A DNA stretch of 64,000 nt from Caldilineaceae bacterium (GTDB lineage Bacteria > Chloroflexota > Anaerolineae > Caldilineales > Caldilineaceae), in the NCBI GenBank assembly GCA_034437715.1, contig DAOTTR010000524.1, positions 8,987-72,986 on the forward strand, in the 5' to 3' direction. Numbering within the stretch: position 1 is the first letter of the stretch; each line of letters opens with the position of its first letter. Positions 18,491-28,184 of the stretch are shown one piece after another. A program made the translations under genes and the position numbers. The notes under the pieces were generated by a model. It was not told where the DNA came from. It was given only the letters and a program-made list of their open reading frames with translations, and ran no database searches.

Positions 18491-19426
18491 GTGCCCACCC
18501 ACCCAGTTGCCCAGCAGAATGATCCGAGCCCAGCCCAACCGGACTTTGCCGCGCCAAGCGCGGCCGCGGTCCCGATCGTGCTCGACATGCCTGGGCAAGC
18601 AAACAGTGAAGATGCCACCATGGAACTCCTGCGCGACTTGCTCTTTGGCGACTATCGCCAGCAAGTGGCGCGGATGCGGGCGGAGGTCAACGAATTACAA
18701 TCGTTGCTCGACGAACTTGAAGTGCAGATCAACAACAAAGAAGCGTTGGTGGCGACGATCACGCCGGTGATTGCTTCGGCGATCCGCACCAACATTCGCG
18801 ATTCGCAGAGTGAAATGGTGGACGCGCTCTATCCCATTCTGGGGAAATTGGTGCAGCGTTCGGTCACCGAGTCCATGCGTGAGCTGGCCCAGCGGATTGA
18901 TCGGCAGATGCGCAGAACGCTTAACATGAAAGATCTGCTACGCCGCCTGCTCGGTCGTCTACAGGGGCTTTCCGCCGCCGAAATGGCCATGCGCGAGGCC
19001 TTGCCCTTTCAGGTACACAACCTGTTTTTGATTCACCGCGAGAGCAGTCTGTTGCTGCTACACACGGCCCATGCCGCACAAGAAAACACTGATTCGGATC
19101 TGATCAGCAGTATGCTGAGTGCGATTCGCGATTTTACCGAAGATGCCTTGGGGCGCAGCGAAAAAGAAGAACTCAATCAGATTCAATATGGCGGCAAAAG
19201 TATTATCATTGAAGTGGCACATCTTGTCTATCTGGCGGCCACGATTGACGGTATTGAGCCACAAGGTTTTCGCGAGCAGATGCGCCAGACCATGATCGCG
19301 ATTGAGCATCAACATGCCAATCGGTTGCACAAATATGATGGCAATGCTGCGCCCTTTGCGCCGTCGGCAATGACGCTGGCCGCTTTGTTACGCTATGCAG
19401 AAGGACAACATGCCGCGAATCATTAA
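18491..19426 (+). CDS. coiled-coil protein with RDLLFG motif and a Roadblock/LC7-like C-terminal domain (tentative)
   Basis: GTG start with SD GAGGA 8 nt upstream. The C-terminal ~110 aa (VHNLFLIHRESSLLLLH ... SIIIEVAHLVYLAATIDG) have the alternating beta/alpha pattern of Roadblock domains. Confidence 0.6.
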   Translation: MPTHPVAQQNDPSPAQPDFAAPSAAAVPIVLDMPGQANSEDATMELLRDLLFGDYRQQVARMRAEVNELQSLLDELEVQINNKEALVATITPVIASAIRTNIRDSQSEMVDALYPILGKLVQRSVTESMRELAQRIDRQMRRTLNMKDLLRRLLGRLQGLSAAEMAMREALPFQVHNLFLIHRESSLLLLHTAHAAQENTDSDLISSMLSAIRDFTEDALGRSEKEELNQIQYGGKSIIIEVAHLVYLAATIDGIEPQGFREQMRQTMIAIEHQHANRLHKYDGNAAPFAPSAMTLAALLRYAEGQHAANH

Positions 19427-19471
19427 TTGTTATTGGGTGACGAGTAATGATTCCTTGAAAAGGGATAGACA

Positions 19472-19996
19472 TTGAATACATATAGCAAAAAAATTTGTTT
19501 GCTCGGCGATTTTGCCGTTGGTAAAACAAGCCTCGTCCGCCGCTTTGTCCACAACCGGTTTGATGACCATTATATTAGCACGATTGGCGCCAAAGTGAGC
19601 CGCAAAACCGTGATGGCACCGGGCAACAGTGAAGTGGCCGAGCTGACAATGATGCTCTGGGATCTGGCGGGCAGTCAGGAGTTTAGCACGGTCACAGCCA
19701 GCTATTTGCGGGGCACGGCGGGGGCCATTTTGGTCTGTGATATGACCCGCGCCGATACACTGGCGCATTTACCGCGCTATGCCGAAGACCTGACGAAAGT
19801 GGCTGGACCGGTGCAACTTGTGGTTGCGGCCAATAAGCTCGATCTGCCAGAACAACATCAAATTAGCAGCGACCAAGTTGCCGCGCTAGCCGCGACCTTC
19901 GATGCACCCTATTTCCTGACCAGTGCCAAGGTCGGCGAAGAGGTCGATCTCATGTTTCGGGAGTTGGGAAAATTACTTTTAGACCGCATTCGTTGA
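19472..19996 (+). CDS. small Ras/Rab-like GTPase
   Basis: G1 GDFAVGKT, G3 WDLAG, G4 NKLD, G5 SAK. 174 aa. Confidence 0.85.
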   Translation: MNTYSKKICLLGDFAVGKTSLVRRFVHNRFDDHYISTIGAKVSRKTVMAPGNSEVAELTMMLWDLAGSQEFSTVTASYLRGTAGAILVCDMTRADTLAHLPRYAEDLTKVAGPVQLVVAANKLDLPEQHQISSDQVAALAATFDAPYFLTSAKVGEEVDLMFRELGKLLLDRIR

Positions 19997-21189
19997 AAAA
20001 ATTATTTATGCTTGATACGTTTGTTGCGCAACTTATCTTACAAGAACGCCAAATTGCGTATGCGATTGCCGACCAGGCACTACGCCTGGAGCAAATCGGG
20101 GGGAGGCTGGATCTCTTCGAAAGTGCGGGGGTCTGTACCGCAGTTGGCGCATCGCTACTCGATCTCGCACGGGAACTGATTGGGTACGAAGATCAAGTAC
20201 AGGCGTTGCTCGCGGGCACATTGTCATCCTTTCAAGTAGCGATGGTCAACCGTGAGAACGCGGCTGGCGAACTATTCTATGTTACCCTGCACAATTATGC
20301 GTATCGTCGCGACAACGGTGCGGTGACCGGCATTCTGCATATCATCGAAGATGTCACGCTGACCGGAAAAAATAATCAGCACCTAACCCAACAACGCAAT
20401 GAACTCTTTTTGTTGTATGAACAGTTGCGCCGCGCCAATCTCAAATTAGAGGCAGCCAATGCAGAACTGCGCGCGCTAGACGCCTTAAAGTCCAAGTTTG
20501 TCTCGATTGCCGCACACGAGTTGCGTACACCGTTGGCTTCCATCCTGGGGTATATCGATTTTATCTTCAATGATCCAATCAGAACCTTGCATCCCGATCA
20601 CCAAGCAAGTGTTGACGTGATTGGCAAAAGCGCCAACCGCCTGCTGGCGATCACGAATAATCTGCTAGATGTGACAAGAATTGAAGCGGGCTATGTCGAA
20701 TTAACGCTCGGCAGTGTTGATCTGGGTAAAATCGTTGAAGAGATCGCCAGCCATTTTCGCCCAGAGTTCGAGCAAAAACAGCATACCTTCCGCATTGAAA
20801 AAGAACCCCGGTTGCCCTATGCCCTCTGTGACGAAGCGCGTACAATGCAGATCTTTAGCAATCTACTCAGCAACGCGATCAAATATACGCCAGACCATGG
20901 ACGCGTTACCGTGAGTTTGCGCTACAATCCCCAAAAAGATGTTATTATTGCCGCCGTGACGGATACGGGCATTGGCATTCCCGCCGCGGATCTACAAAAT
21001 ATTGGCAAAAACTTTTTTCGTGCCAGCAATGTTCACCTGTCCCGATCCAATGGCACGGGATTGGGCTTGAACATTACCCGTTCGCTGGTTGAATTACAAG
21101 GTGGCCGCATGTGGATCGAAAGTACCCTGGGTCAAGGCTCTACCTTCTATCTAACCTTTCCCATCGATGATGGCATTTTCTCGGCCTGA
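19993..21189 (+). CDS. soluble sensor histidine kinase (PAS/GAF-like N-terminus, HisKA, HATPase_c)
   Basis: H-box SIAAHELRTPL. N, G1 and G2 boxes (LLSNAIKYT, DTGIGI, GTGLGL). No TM segment. The TTG start overlaps the GTPase stop codon by 4 nt. Confidence 0.9.
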   Translation: MKKLFMLDTFVAQLILQERQIAYAIADQALRLEQIGGRLDLFESAGVCTAVGASLLDLARELIGYEDQVQALLAGTLSSFQVAMVNRENAAGELFYVTLHNYAYRRDNGAVTGILHIIEDVTLTGKNNQHLTQQRNELFLLYEQLRRANLKLEAANAELRALDALKSKFVSIAAHELRTPLASILGYIDFIFNDPIRTLHPDHQASVDVIGKSANRLLAITNNLLDVTRIEAGYVELTLGSVDLGKIVEEIASHFRPEFEQKQHTFRIEKEPRLPYALCDEARTMQIFSNLLSNAIKYTPDHGRVTVSLRYNPQKDVIIAAVTDTGIGIPAADLQNIGKNFFRASNVHLSRSNGTGLGLNITRSLVELQGGRMWIESTLGQGSTFYLTFPIDDGIFSA

Positions 21190-21258
21190 ACATTGCCGTC
21201 AAGCGAAAGCTTGACCGCGTAGACATCCTCTGCCATCCCTTAGACGGCCCAAAGTAGC

Positions 21259-21300
21259 AGCCAGCGTATGGGTTTCTGGGGAAACCCATACGCTGGCTTT
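21259..21300 (+). terminator. rho-independent terminator
   Basis: 18-bp perfect stem AGCCAGCGTATGGGTTTC/GAAACCCATACGCTGGCT with loop TGGG, followed by TT. Confidence 0.75.
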
Positions 21301-21515
21301 CCATTTACTGCAACTCCACTTCCCGCACTGTAACACTTTTTGTAATAGCCGGTTGCTGTTCGTGCGCGCCCTTTTATGGTGAAATAGAGCGGTCAACGGC
21401 AGCAGTTCACACAGAAAGTGGTGGCAGCGATTGCCTCGATCTCGCATGATGACAACAATCACCCACGAGATTTTGACAGACGCCGTGATTCAACGACAAT
21501 ACAGAAGGAAAACCC

Positions 21516-21593
21516 ATGAATGCCCTAATTATCCTGTTGCTGATCATCGCGCTGATTGCACTATCGGTACCATCAACCGCGACAGGCACCTAA
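21516..21593 (+). CDS. candidate 25-aa hydrophobic micropeptide
   Basis: ATG preceded by GAAGGA. Sequence is MNALIILLLIIALIALSVPSTATGT. It is below the track length cutoff. Confidence 0.3.
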   Translation: MNALIILLLIIALIALSVPSTATGT

Positions 21594-21622
21594 ACCCAAA
21601 GCACACGCAAAAGAGCATCCGT

Positions 21623-21868
21623 ATGCGTGATCCCAAACCGTGGCAATCGTTTGTGGCAGTTGCGATTCTTCACCCTGTAGAGGCGCGGATTCTGGTGCAG
21701 CAAAGCGGGACAGCGCTGGCTTTGCCGAGCCTGCCTTTGGCGAAAGTCTGGGCAGAGCCGTTAGCGCGCATCAATGAAGAAGTGCAGAGCGTGCTGGGAA
21801 TCGCAACGACCGTTCTGCATAAATTGGCCGAGGCGCGCGACGAAGCACAACACCGAGGATCGGTGTAA
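21623..21868 (+). CDS. hypothetical protein (81 aa), possibly a gene fragment
   Basis: Internal ATG of track ORF 21431..21868. The sequence from WQSFVAVAILHP onward looks protein-like. No confident family. Confidence 0.3.
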   Translation: MRDPKPWQSFVAVAILHPVEARILVQQSGTALALPSLPLAKVWAEPLARINEEVQSVLGIATTVLHKLAEARDEAQHRGSV

Positions 21869-22022
21869 ATATGAACTAGATTGGGCCATGCCCTTCTGGT
21901 TTGGTAAAATTTTGGAATCACTGGCAGCAACGTAAGCCACATTTCCCCAAGAGATGGAAGCGCTGTTGGCTGCTGATAGTCCAGAAATGATTTATGTTTG
22001 CCGTCTTCAATGCCTTGGGCAA

Positions 22023-22403
22023 TCACAAGAGAAAGCTTGCCAGATCCGCCCAGATTTTCGATAGCTCTGCCCAATAATGGACAATGACGGCAGCGACACC
22101 CAGCCAAAAAAGCCAGAAGATCACACCGCGCAACCGTCGTCCCCAACGCACCCAACGCAGGTAACGGTCGATTTTTGCCAGTGTTTCGCCCTGGCTAGCC
22201 TGCACAGCACGCAGCGCAGCCAACTCTTGGTTCATTGCCTGTAGCAGTTGTGTCTGTTGCGCCAACTGCGCGGCGACAGTCTCTATGGTTGCCACCCGTT
22301 GTGCAACTGGTTGTGCAACGGGTTGTGCAACGGGTGGCGCAACGGGTGGTGTGCGTCCCACTTGTGCCGTCGGTTGTCTTGCTGCGGAATTCTCAAAAGT
22401 CAT
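22023..22403 (-). CDS. membrane-anchored coiled-coil protein with (PVAQ)n repeat
   Basis: 126 aa. PVAPPVAQPVAQPVAQ is encoded by a 4 x 12-bp tandem repeat (22298-22345). A Q/L-rich helix is followed by a C-terminal TM segment (VIFWLFWLGVAAVIV). Confidence 0.45.
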   Translation of the reverse strand: MTFENSAARQPTAQVGRTPPVAPPVAQPVAQPVAQRVATIETVAAQLAQQTQLLQAMNQELAALRAVQASQGETLAKIDRYLRWVRWGRRLRGVIFWLFWLGVAAVIVHYWAELSKIWADLASFLL

Positions 22404-22641
22404 AAATAGCTGCGCCTCACCGAGTAACCAATAATTCTACCTCTTATTCTCGCCAGAATGGGCAGTTTTGGCAAAACGCCACGGCTATGCCTTGCTTGAA
22501 TACACGTCGCCTGCTATAGTTGTCCGATGCAAATGTCGTGCAGATATAAATGGGGTAGTCAACTGCTTTACGGGCCATGCATGTCCTATTCCACGCAGTA
22601 ACGCCCCGTTACAAACAAGCTTTGCTCAGCAAGGAGTCATC

Positions 22642-23754
22642 ATGATTATCGGTCTGCCCAAGGAAATTAAGGATGGGGAAAATCGTGTCGGCTTAACCCC
22701 CGGTGCTGTCAAGGCACTGGTTGCGCGCGGCCATCGTGTTTTGGTCGAACACAGGGCCGGGGAAGGCAGCTTTTTGATCGATGCTGAATATCAAGCGGCG
22801 GGCGGCGAAATTGTCAACGCGGCGGCTGATGCCTGGGCGGCGCAATTGGTGGTCAAGGTCAAAGAGCCAATCGCGGCTGAATATCCCTATTTGCGCGAGG
22901 GATTGATGCTCTTTGCCTATTTGCATCTGGCCGCAGACCGCACGCTGACCGATGCCATGATAGCCAGCGGGGTTACGGGTATCGCCTATGAAACGGTGGA
23001 GACGCCGGATCGCCGCCTGCCCCTGCTCATGCCCATGAGCGAAGTGGCGGGCCGTATGGCAACCCAAGTAGGCGCAACTTTCTTACAAAGAAATCACGGT
23101 GGACGCGGCGTCTTGATGGGCGGCGTGCCCGGTGTCGCGCCAGCCAATGTGGCGATTCTGGGTGCGGGGACGGTGGGAGCCAATGCAGCGCGCGTGGCCG
23201 TAGGCATGGGCGCGCAGGTCACGGTGGTCGATATTAATCATGACCGGCTGCAATATCTCGACGATATTTATACCGGCGCGTTACAGACGCGCGCCAGTAA
23301 TGAATATAATATTGAAGAAGTGGTCTACGAGGCGGATTTGGTGATCGGCGCCGTGTTGATCCCCGGCGGGCGCGCGCCATCGTTGGTGACACGCACCATG
23401 TTGCAAGAGATGCGCAATGGCTCGGTGATCGTTGATGTGGCGGTGGATCAAGGGGGCTGTATCGAGACATCGCGCCCCACAACCCACAGCAACCCGACCT
23501 ATGTGATTGATGGGGTGGTTCACTATTGTGTGGCCAATATGCCCGGTGCCGTGCCGCGCACCAGTACCTTTGCCCTGGTCAACCAGACCATGACCTATAC
23601 GCTACGTCTGGCCGGCGATGGGATCAACGCCATTCGCAACAGTCAACCGCTTTGCCTTGGCCTGAATACGCACCGCGGTCAACTCACCTATGCCGCCGTC
23701 GCCGAGGCCTTTGGCATGGACTATGTTGCGCCATTGAAGGCGTTGGCTAGCTAG
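22642..23754 (+). CDS. ald: alanine dehydrogenase
   Basis: MIIGLPKEIKDGENRVGLTP start with SD AAGGAG. NAD motif ILGAGTVG. 370 aa. The track start at 22468 is an over-extension. Confidence 0.92.
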   Translation: MIIGLPKEIKDGENRVGLTPGAVKALVARGHRVLVEHRAGEGSFLIDAEYQAAGGEIVNAAADAWAAQLVVKVKEPIAAEYPYLREGLMLFAYLHLAADRTLTDAMIASGVTGIAYETVETPDRRLPLLMPMSEVAGRMATQVGATFLQRNHGGRGVLMGGVPGVAPANVAILGAGTVGANAARVAVGMGAQVTVVDINHDRLQYLDDIYTGALQTRASNEYNIEEVVYEADLVIGAVLIPGGRAPSLVTRTMLQEMRNGSVIVDVAVDQGGCIETSRPTTHSNPTYVIDGVVHYCVANMPGAVPRTSTFALVNQTMTYTLRLAGDGINAIRNSQPLCLGLNTHRGQLTYAAVAEAFGMDYVAPLKALAS

Positions 23755-23812
23755 AAATTTTACGACCTGTCAAAACTTACTTGACACTTTACCACTCTTC
23801 TTGTAAATAAAA

Positions 23813-23963
23813 AGACCTTATTCCGATTTAATTTTGCGCATTCGTATGTGCGGTTTGTAACCGCACAAGTCGGCATCGACTGTGATTGTGCGGTTACAAA
23901 TCGCACATACAAGAACAATTGCACCGGGTTTTGTTGCCGAAATAACCAATCGGCATAATCTCT
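23813..23963 (+). mobile_element. MITE-like element, family A, copy 1 (two hairpin modules)
   Basis: 151 bp and near-identical to 60674..60824. Imperfect terminal inverted repeats AGACCTTATTCCGATT / AATCGGCATAATCTCT. Internal GTGCGGTTTGTAACCGCAC hairpins. Confidence 0.8.
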
Positions 23964-23988
23964 AAAGTATACGGTTGGAGTGTACAGC

Positions 23989-25362
23989 ATGGCAAAAACC
24001 AATACCGCACCCCTGAGCGGCATGCGTGACTTTCTGCCGCTGGACCTATTGCGGCGCAACTATGTCATTGATACGATCGAGCGTGTCTACCAAAGTTATG
24101 GCTTTGAGCCGTTGGAGACGCCGACCATGGAACGGCTGGAAACGCTGCTGGGCAAATATGGCGAAGAAGGCGATCAATTGATTTTCCGCGTCCTCAAGCG
24201 GGGCGACAAACTACAGCGCGCCCTGGAAGAAGAACCCAACGAAAATGGTGTGAGCGATGCCGGTATGCGCTATGATCTAACGGTGCCACTGGCGCGCGTT
24301 GTCGCCCAATACCGGAGCACCCTGCCGCGCTACTTCAAGCGCTACCAGATCCAGCCGGTCTATCGCGCCGACCGCCCGGCCAAGGGGCGCTATCGCGAGT
24401 TCTTTCAATGCGATGTAGATATTGTCGGCTCGGCCAGCCAGACAGTCGAGACTGAGGTGTTGGCTGCTGGCGCACAGGTGCTTCAGGAACTCGGTTTTGG
24501 CGGGGAAATCCATCCCTTTGCGCTACGGCTCAATCATCGCGGCATTCTTCGTGGGCTGATGGAAGTGTCGGGCGTACCGGTGGCGCTGGAAGGCGATGCG
24601 CTGGTTGCGATTGATAAGTTGGATAAGATCGGCTTTGACGGTGTGCGTAAAGAGCTAGATCAGCGCGGGATCGCGGCGGATGCTGCCGAAAAATTATTGG
24701 CGAATCTCGCGGCGGCCCCCACCACCAACGTGGACAGCCTGGCTTGGTTGAGCGATCTGCTAGAGGATTCGGAAGCAGGCAGCAAGGGTGTCAATGAGAT
24801 CAAAACAGTGGTTGCTTATAGCCAACAGGGAGCAGCCGCTGCCCATCTGCGTGTTGATCCCTATCTAGCGCGCGGTCTCAGCTACTACACCGGCCCGATC
24901 TTTGAGATCGAATTTCCCGGTTTCAGCGGATCGGGTGGCGGCGGCGGGCGATATGACGATCTGGTGGGTATGTTTAGCGGCCAAAGCATTCCCGCCTGTG
25001 GCTTCAGTTTGGGTTTGGAACGCATCCTGTTGCTGATGGAGGAACAGAAAATGTTCCCCGACCGGCTGGCCGGTCAACCCCAGGTGTTGGTCACACAGTT
25101 TGATGAAAGCACAGTTGCAGCTAGTTTTACCTTGGCCCAGGCGTTGCGCAAAGCAGGGCTACGCGTTGATCTCTACCCAGATATTGACCGCTATGGTCGC
25201 CAGTTTAAATATGCCGAAGAGCGGCGCATTCGCTACGCCGTGCTGGCCAGTCCACGCGAGCTAGGTGCCGGTGTCGTCGCGGTGAAAGATTTGGTGAGCG
25301 GCGAACAGATCGATATTGCTGCCGCCGAGATTAGCGATTGGCTGCAAGCGCACGTTGTATAG
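23989..25362 (+). CDS. hisS: histidine--tRNA ligase
   Basis: LSGMRDFLP, RYDLTVPLARV, class II motifs and GGGRYD. C-terminal anticodon-binding domain present. Confidence 0.92.
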   Translation: MAKTNTAPLSGMRDFLPLDLLRRNYVIDTIERVYQSYGFEPLETPTMERLETLLGKYGEEGDQLIFRVLKRGDKLQRALEEEPNENGVSDAGMRYDLTVPLARVVAQYRSTLPRYFKRYQIQPVYRADRPAKGRYREFFQCDVDIVGSASQTVETEVLAAGAQVLQELGFGGEIHPFALRLNHRGILRGLMEVSGVPVALEGDALVAIDKLDKIGFDGVRKELDQRGIAADAAEKLLANLAAAPTTNVDSLAWLSDLLEDSEAGSKGVNEIKTVVAYSQQGAAAAHLRVDPYLARGLSYYTGPIFEIEFPGFSGSGGGGGRYDDLVGMFSGQSIPACGFSLGLERILLLMEEQKMFPDRLAGQPQVLVTQFDESTVAASFTLAQALRKAGLRVDLYPDIDRYGRQFKYAEERRIRYAVLASPRELGAGVVAVKDLVSGEQIDIAAAEISDWLQAHVV

Positions 25363-25365
25363 GGC

Positions 25366-25404
25366 GAGGGGCAAAGGTCACTCGTCTGTTATCCTTTGTC
25401 CCTC
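25366..25404. terminator. hairpin between convergent hisS and the LLM oxidoreductase gene
   Basis: 12-bp stem GAGGGGCAAAGG/CCTTTGTCCCTC with one G-U pair. Confidence 0.5.
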
Positions 25405-25422
25405 ACCCGGAGATTGTGCGCG

Positions 25423-26421
25423 TTACCAGGCTTCTGCCAGCAGTTCCAGGCTGTGCATACGTTCCTCGATGCCTTGGGTAAAGGATGAGACCATAATCTC
25501 CGCAGCCTCTGTCTGTTCAATCAATTCTTCAACACGCTTAACCACGGTGCTGGGCGCGCCCATAATGCGATTCGTGGGCATTTGCAGCGCAATCGGCAAA
25601 TCGGGGTGCGCGGCGGCTATTTCGGGTGTCAATAGTTGGGTGGGGCGTCCGCTGCGTAGCCAATAGATCATCAACTGGCCGGGGGCGGCAAACCAGGCTG
25701 CCTCTTCATCCGTGTCAGCGGTCAGGATATTGGCTGTAACAATTACATAGGGCTGCTCCAGCGTCACCGAAGGCACAAAGTTTTGGCGATAAATATCCAG
25801 CGCTTGCAAAGTGCCGCCCGTGTCAAAATGGTGGGCAAAGGCAAAGGGTAGCCCCAGTTGGCCGGCCAACTGGGCACTGAAACCACTGGAACCAAGCAGC
25901 ACAATGGTGGGCGTCGAGTCAGCCGCGGGTGTAGCTGAGAAGCGATCCCACAGGCCACTAGCCGTACGCCGGTCGCCCAACAGCCCCATGAGATCGATCA
26001 AGTGGCGCGGAAACTCCTCGGCACCCAGACCGGCGGCGGTGCGGCGCAAGGCGGCGGCGGTGGCCGGGTCTGTGCCGGGGGCGCGACCAATCCCCAGATC
26101 AATGCGGCCAGGGTGCAGGGCTTCGAGCAGCGCAAATTGCTCGGCAACCACCAATGACGGATGATTGGGCAACATCACCCCGCCGGAGCCGACGCGGATG
26201 GTGTTGGTCGAGGCGGCCAGATGGGCCATGAGCACCGGCGGTGTGGTGCTGGCGATGCCGGGCATATTGTGATGCTCGGCCACCCAGAAGCGGGTGTAGC
26301 CAAGGGCCTCGGCGCGTTGGGCCAACAAGGTGGTGTCGGTCAACGCTTTGGTGCTGCTTGTGCCTTGGCTCACAATGGCCAAGTCTAGCACAGAGAGTGG
26401 TGTAGCGTGATAAGTATTCAT
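25423..26421 (-). CDS. LLM-class (luciferase-like) flavin-dependent oxidoreductase
   Basis: LGYTRFWVAEHHNMPGIAS and the overall YhbW-like pattern. 332 aa. Confidence 0.85.
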   Translation of the reverse strand: MNTYHATPLSVLDLAIVSQGTSSTKALTDTTLLAQRAEALGYTRFWVAEHHNMPGIASTTPPVLMAHLAASTNTIRVGSGGVMLPNHPSLVVAEQFALLEALHPGRIDLGIGRAPGTDPATAAALRRTAAGLGAEEFPRHLIDLMGLLGDRRTASGLWDRFSATPAADSTPTIVLLGSSGFSAQLAGQLGLPFAFAHHFDTGGTLQALDIYRQNFVPSVTLEQPYVIVTANILTADTDEEAAWFAAPGQLMIYWLRSGRPTQLLTPEIAAAHPDLPIALQMPTNRIMGAPSTVVKRVEELIEQTEAAEIMVSSFTQGIEERMHSLELLAEAW

Positions 26422-26824
26422 AAGGATTTTGCCTGATGGTCTAGAAATTGTTGTTTAGGGCGGTACAAAATAAATCTCCGGTAGCTCCGTTCATTGCTGC
26501 TACCCTTTAGCCAGCAGCGGTCAGTAACCGACGCGTGCTGGGGACGGGCCAGGGAGAACGCGGTTTAACTCAATATTGGTGGGCTGTCCTCGGCACGCTA
26601 GCCATCACGCGTACCCAAAGATATGGGTTATAGTGTATGCCCGTTTCGTCGCCATGTATGCAGGGTTAGATACGATTAGATGCGATCCACCATAGGCCCT
26701 TATGCGTCTCTTCGCCTAGTCTACCACCTTACTTCACAGCTAGGCTAGTTGTCCATTTCTGCATGGATGCAGTACAATAATGCCACCTTTCAGTTTATCC
26801 TACTTGATTTACAGGAGTCCTGCT

Positions 26825-27043
26825 ATGGCATTCACCATCTATTCTTCGATTGGCAAGATCATGGCTAACGCACAGGCCAAAGCGATTGTCGAGAAGCATC
26901 TGCCGGGCGCGTCCAGCCATCCTCAACTGGCCGATGCCTGGGGTATGACGCTGGGCGAGGTGGCGAGTTACCCCGAAGCTGGTATCAGCAGCGCCAAATT
27001 GCAGGCATTGCTCGCCGAACTGGCAACGATTGCCGACGCCTAA
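26825..27043 (+). CDS. hypothetical small protein (72 aa)
   Basis: ATG with SD AGGAG 7 nt upstream. No recognised family. Confidence 0.45.
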   Translation: MAFTIYSSIGKIMANAQAKAIVEKHLPGASSHPQLADAWGMTLGEVASYPEAGISSAKLQALLAELATIADA

Positions 27044-27147
27044 CGATCTAGCAAGTTGCCGGTGACGGGTATAAAGATGCGCCGCCCGCTACCTCCTGCT
27101 ATCAGTACAGTATCTTGGGCAATTGCCTGACAATTGAGGAAAATTGT

Positions 27148-28149
27148 ATGGCCGAGCGGGCAATTATGGTGAAGACAGCAGGCTTGCGCAAATCGTTTAA
27201 GCGCGCCGACAGAACGTTGGTCGATGCTGTCAAAGATGTGAATTTGACGATCTATCAGGGCGAAATCTTTAGTCTGCTCGGGCCGAATGGGGCGGGCAAA
27301 ACCACGATGATTTCGATGATTAGCGGGTTGCTGCCGCCCACGGCGGGTGATGCCTTCATCGGCGGCCACTCGATTACCAAAGAACCGCTGGCCGCCAAAC
27401 GATTGATGGGCTTTATTCCCCAAGAGATTGCGCTCTATCCAGAACTCAGCGCCCGACAGAATTTGGTTTTCTTTGGCAAAATGTATGGCATGGCCGGTGC
27501 CGAACTGAATAAACGCGTCGATGAGGTACTCGAATTTATTGATCTCACCGACCGCCAAAAAGATCGCATCGATACCTTCTCCGGTGGCATGAAACGGCGC
27601 GTGAATATTGGCGTAGGGTTGATCCATCGTCCGCAACTGATCTACATGGATGAGCCGACGGTGGGCATCGATCCCCAAAGTCGGCGGCGCATCTTAGATA
27701 CCGTCAAACAGTTGCGCGACGAATATGGCATGACGGTGCTCTACACCACCCACCTGATGGAAGAAGCGCAAGAACTGAGTGATCGCGTTGGAATTATTGA
27801 TCACGGCGAGGTGATTGCGCTGGGTACCCAAGAGGAACTGACCCAGCGTGTGGGCAAAGATGATCGACTTGAATTTCTGATTGGCGAGCAACCTGTGCCA
27901 GATGCGGTGGTCGCGCAACTGCAGGCGACTGTGGCCGGCGTGTCGCAAGTGTTGATCACCCAACCAGAGCCAGGCGGGGTCGAGCAAACTGGGCAGATAA
28001 CCGTCTTTGCCAAACGCGGTCGGCGCGCTCTGCCCGATGTGATCAACCTGCTCAACCGTAGTGGCATCGATGTCCACGCTGTTTCCGTGCGCGAGCCAGA
28101 TCTGGAAGCGGTCTTCCTGGCATTGACCGGGCGTGCTTTGCGCGATTAA
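27148..28149 (+). CDS. ABC transporter ATP-binding protein
   Basis: Walker A GPNGAGKT, signature FSGGMKRR, Walker B LIYMDEP. SD GAGGA upstream of ATG 27148. Confidence 0.9.
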   Translation: MAERAIMVKTAGLRKSFKRADRTLVDAVKDVNLTIYQGEIFSLLGPNGAGKTTMISMISGLLPPTAGDAFIGGHSITKEPLAAKRLMGFIPQEIALYPELSARQNLVFFGKMYGMAGAELNKRVDEVLEFIDLTDRQKDRIDTFSGGMKRRVNIGVGLIHRPQLIYMDEPTVGIDPQSRRRILDTVKQLRDEYGMTVLYTTHLMEEAQELSDRVGIIDHGEVIALGTQEELTQRVGKDDRLEFLIGEQPVPDAVVAQLQATVAGVSQVLITQPEPGGVEQTGQITVFAKRGRRALPDVINLLNRSGIDVHAVSVREPDLEAVFLALTGRALRD

Positions 28150-28184
28150 TCGTTTATACTCAAATCACATTGGGAATTGGGGCC

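Noticed and set aside
21199-22155. Minus-strand ORFs 21199..21462 and 21670..22155
   Set aside because: They overlap the terminator hairpin and the + strand ORF. They have a Cys/Arg-rich composition and no recognisable domains.
26422-26780. Riboswitch in the long gap upstream of the LLM oxidoreductase gene
   Set aside because: I compared it by eye with SAM-I, cobalamin, FMN, TPP and ZTP core motifs and found no convincing match. Only short generic hairpins are present. An Rfam scan would be needed to be sure.
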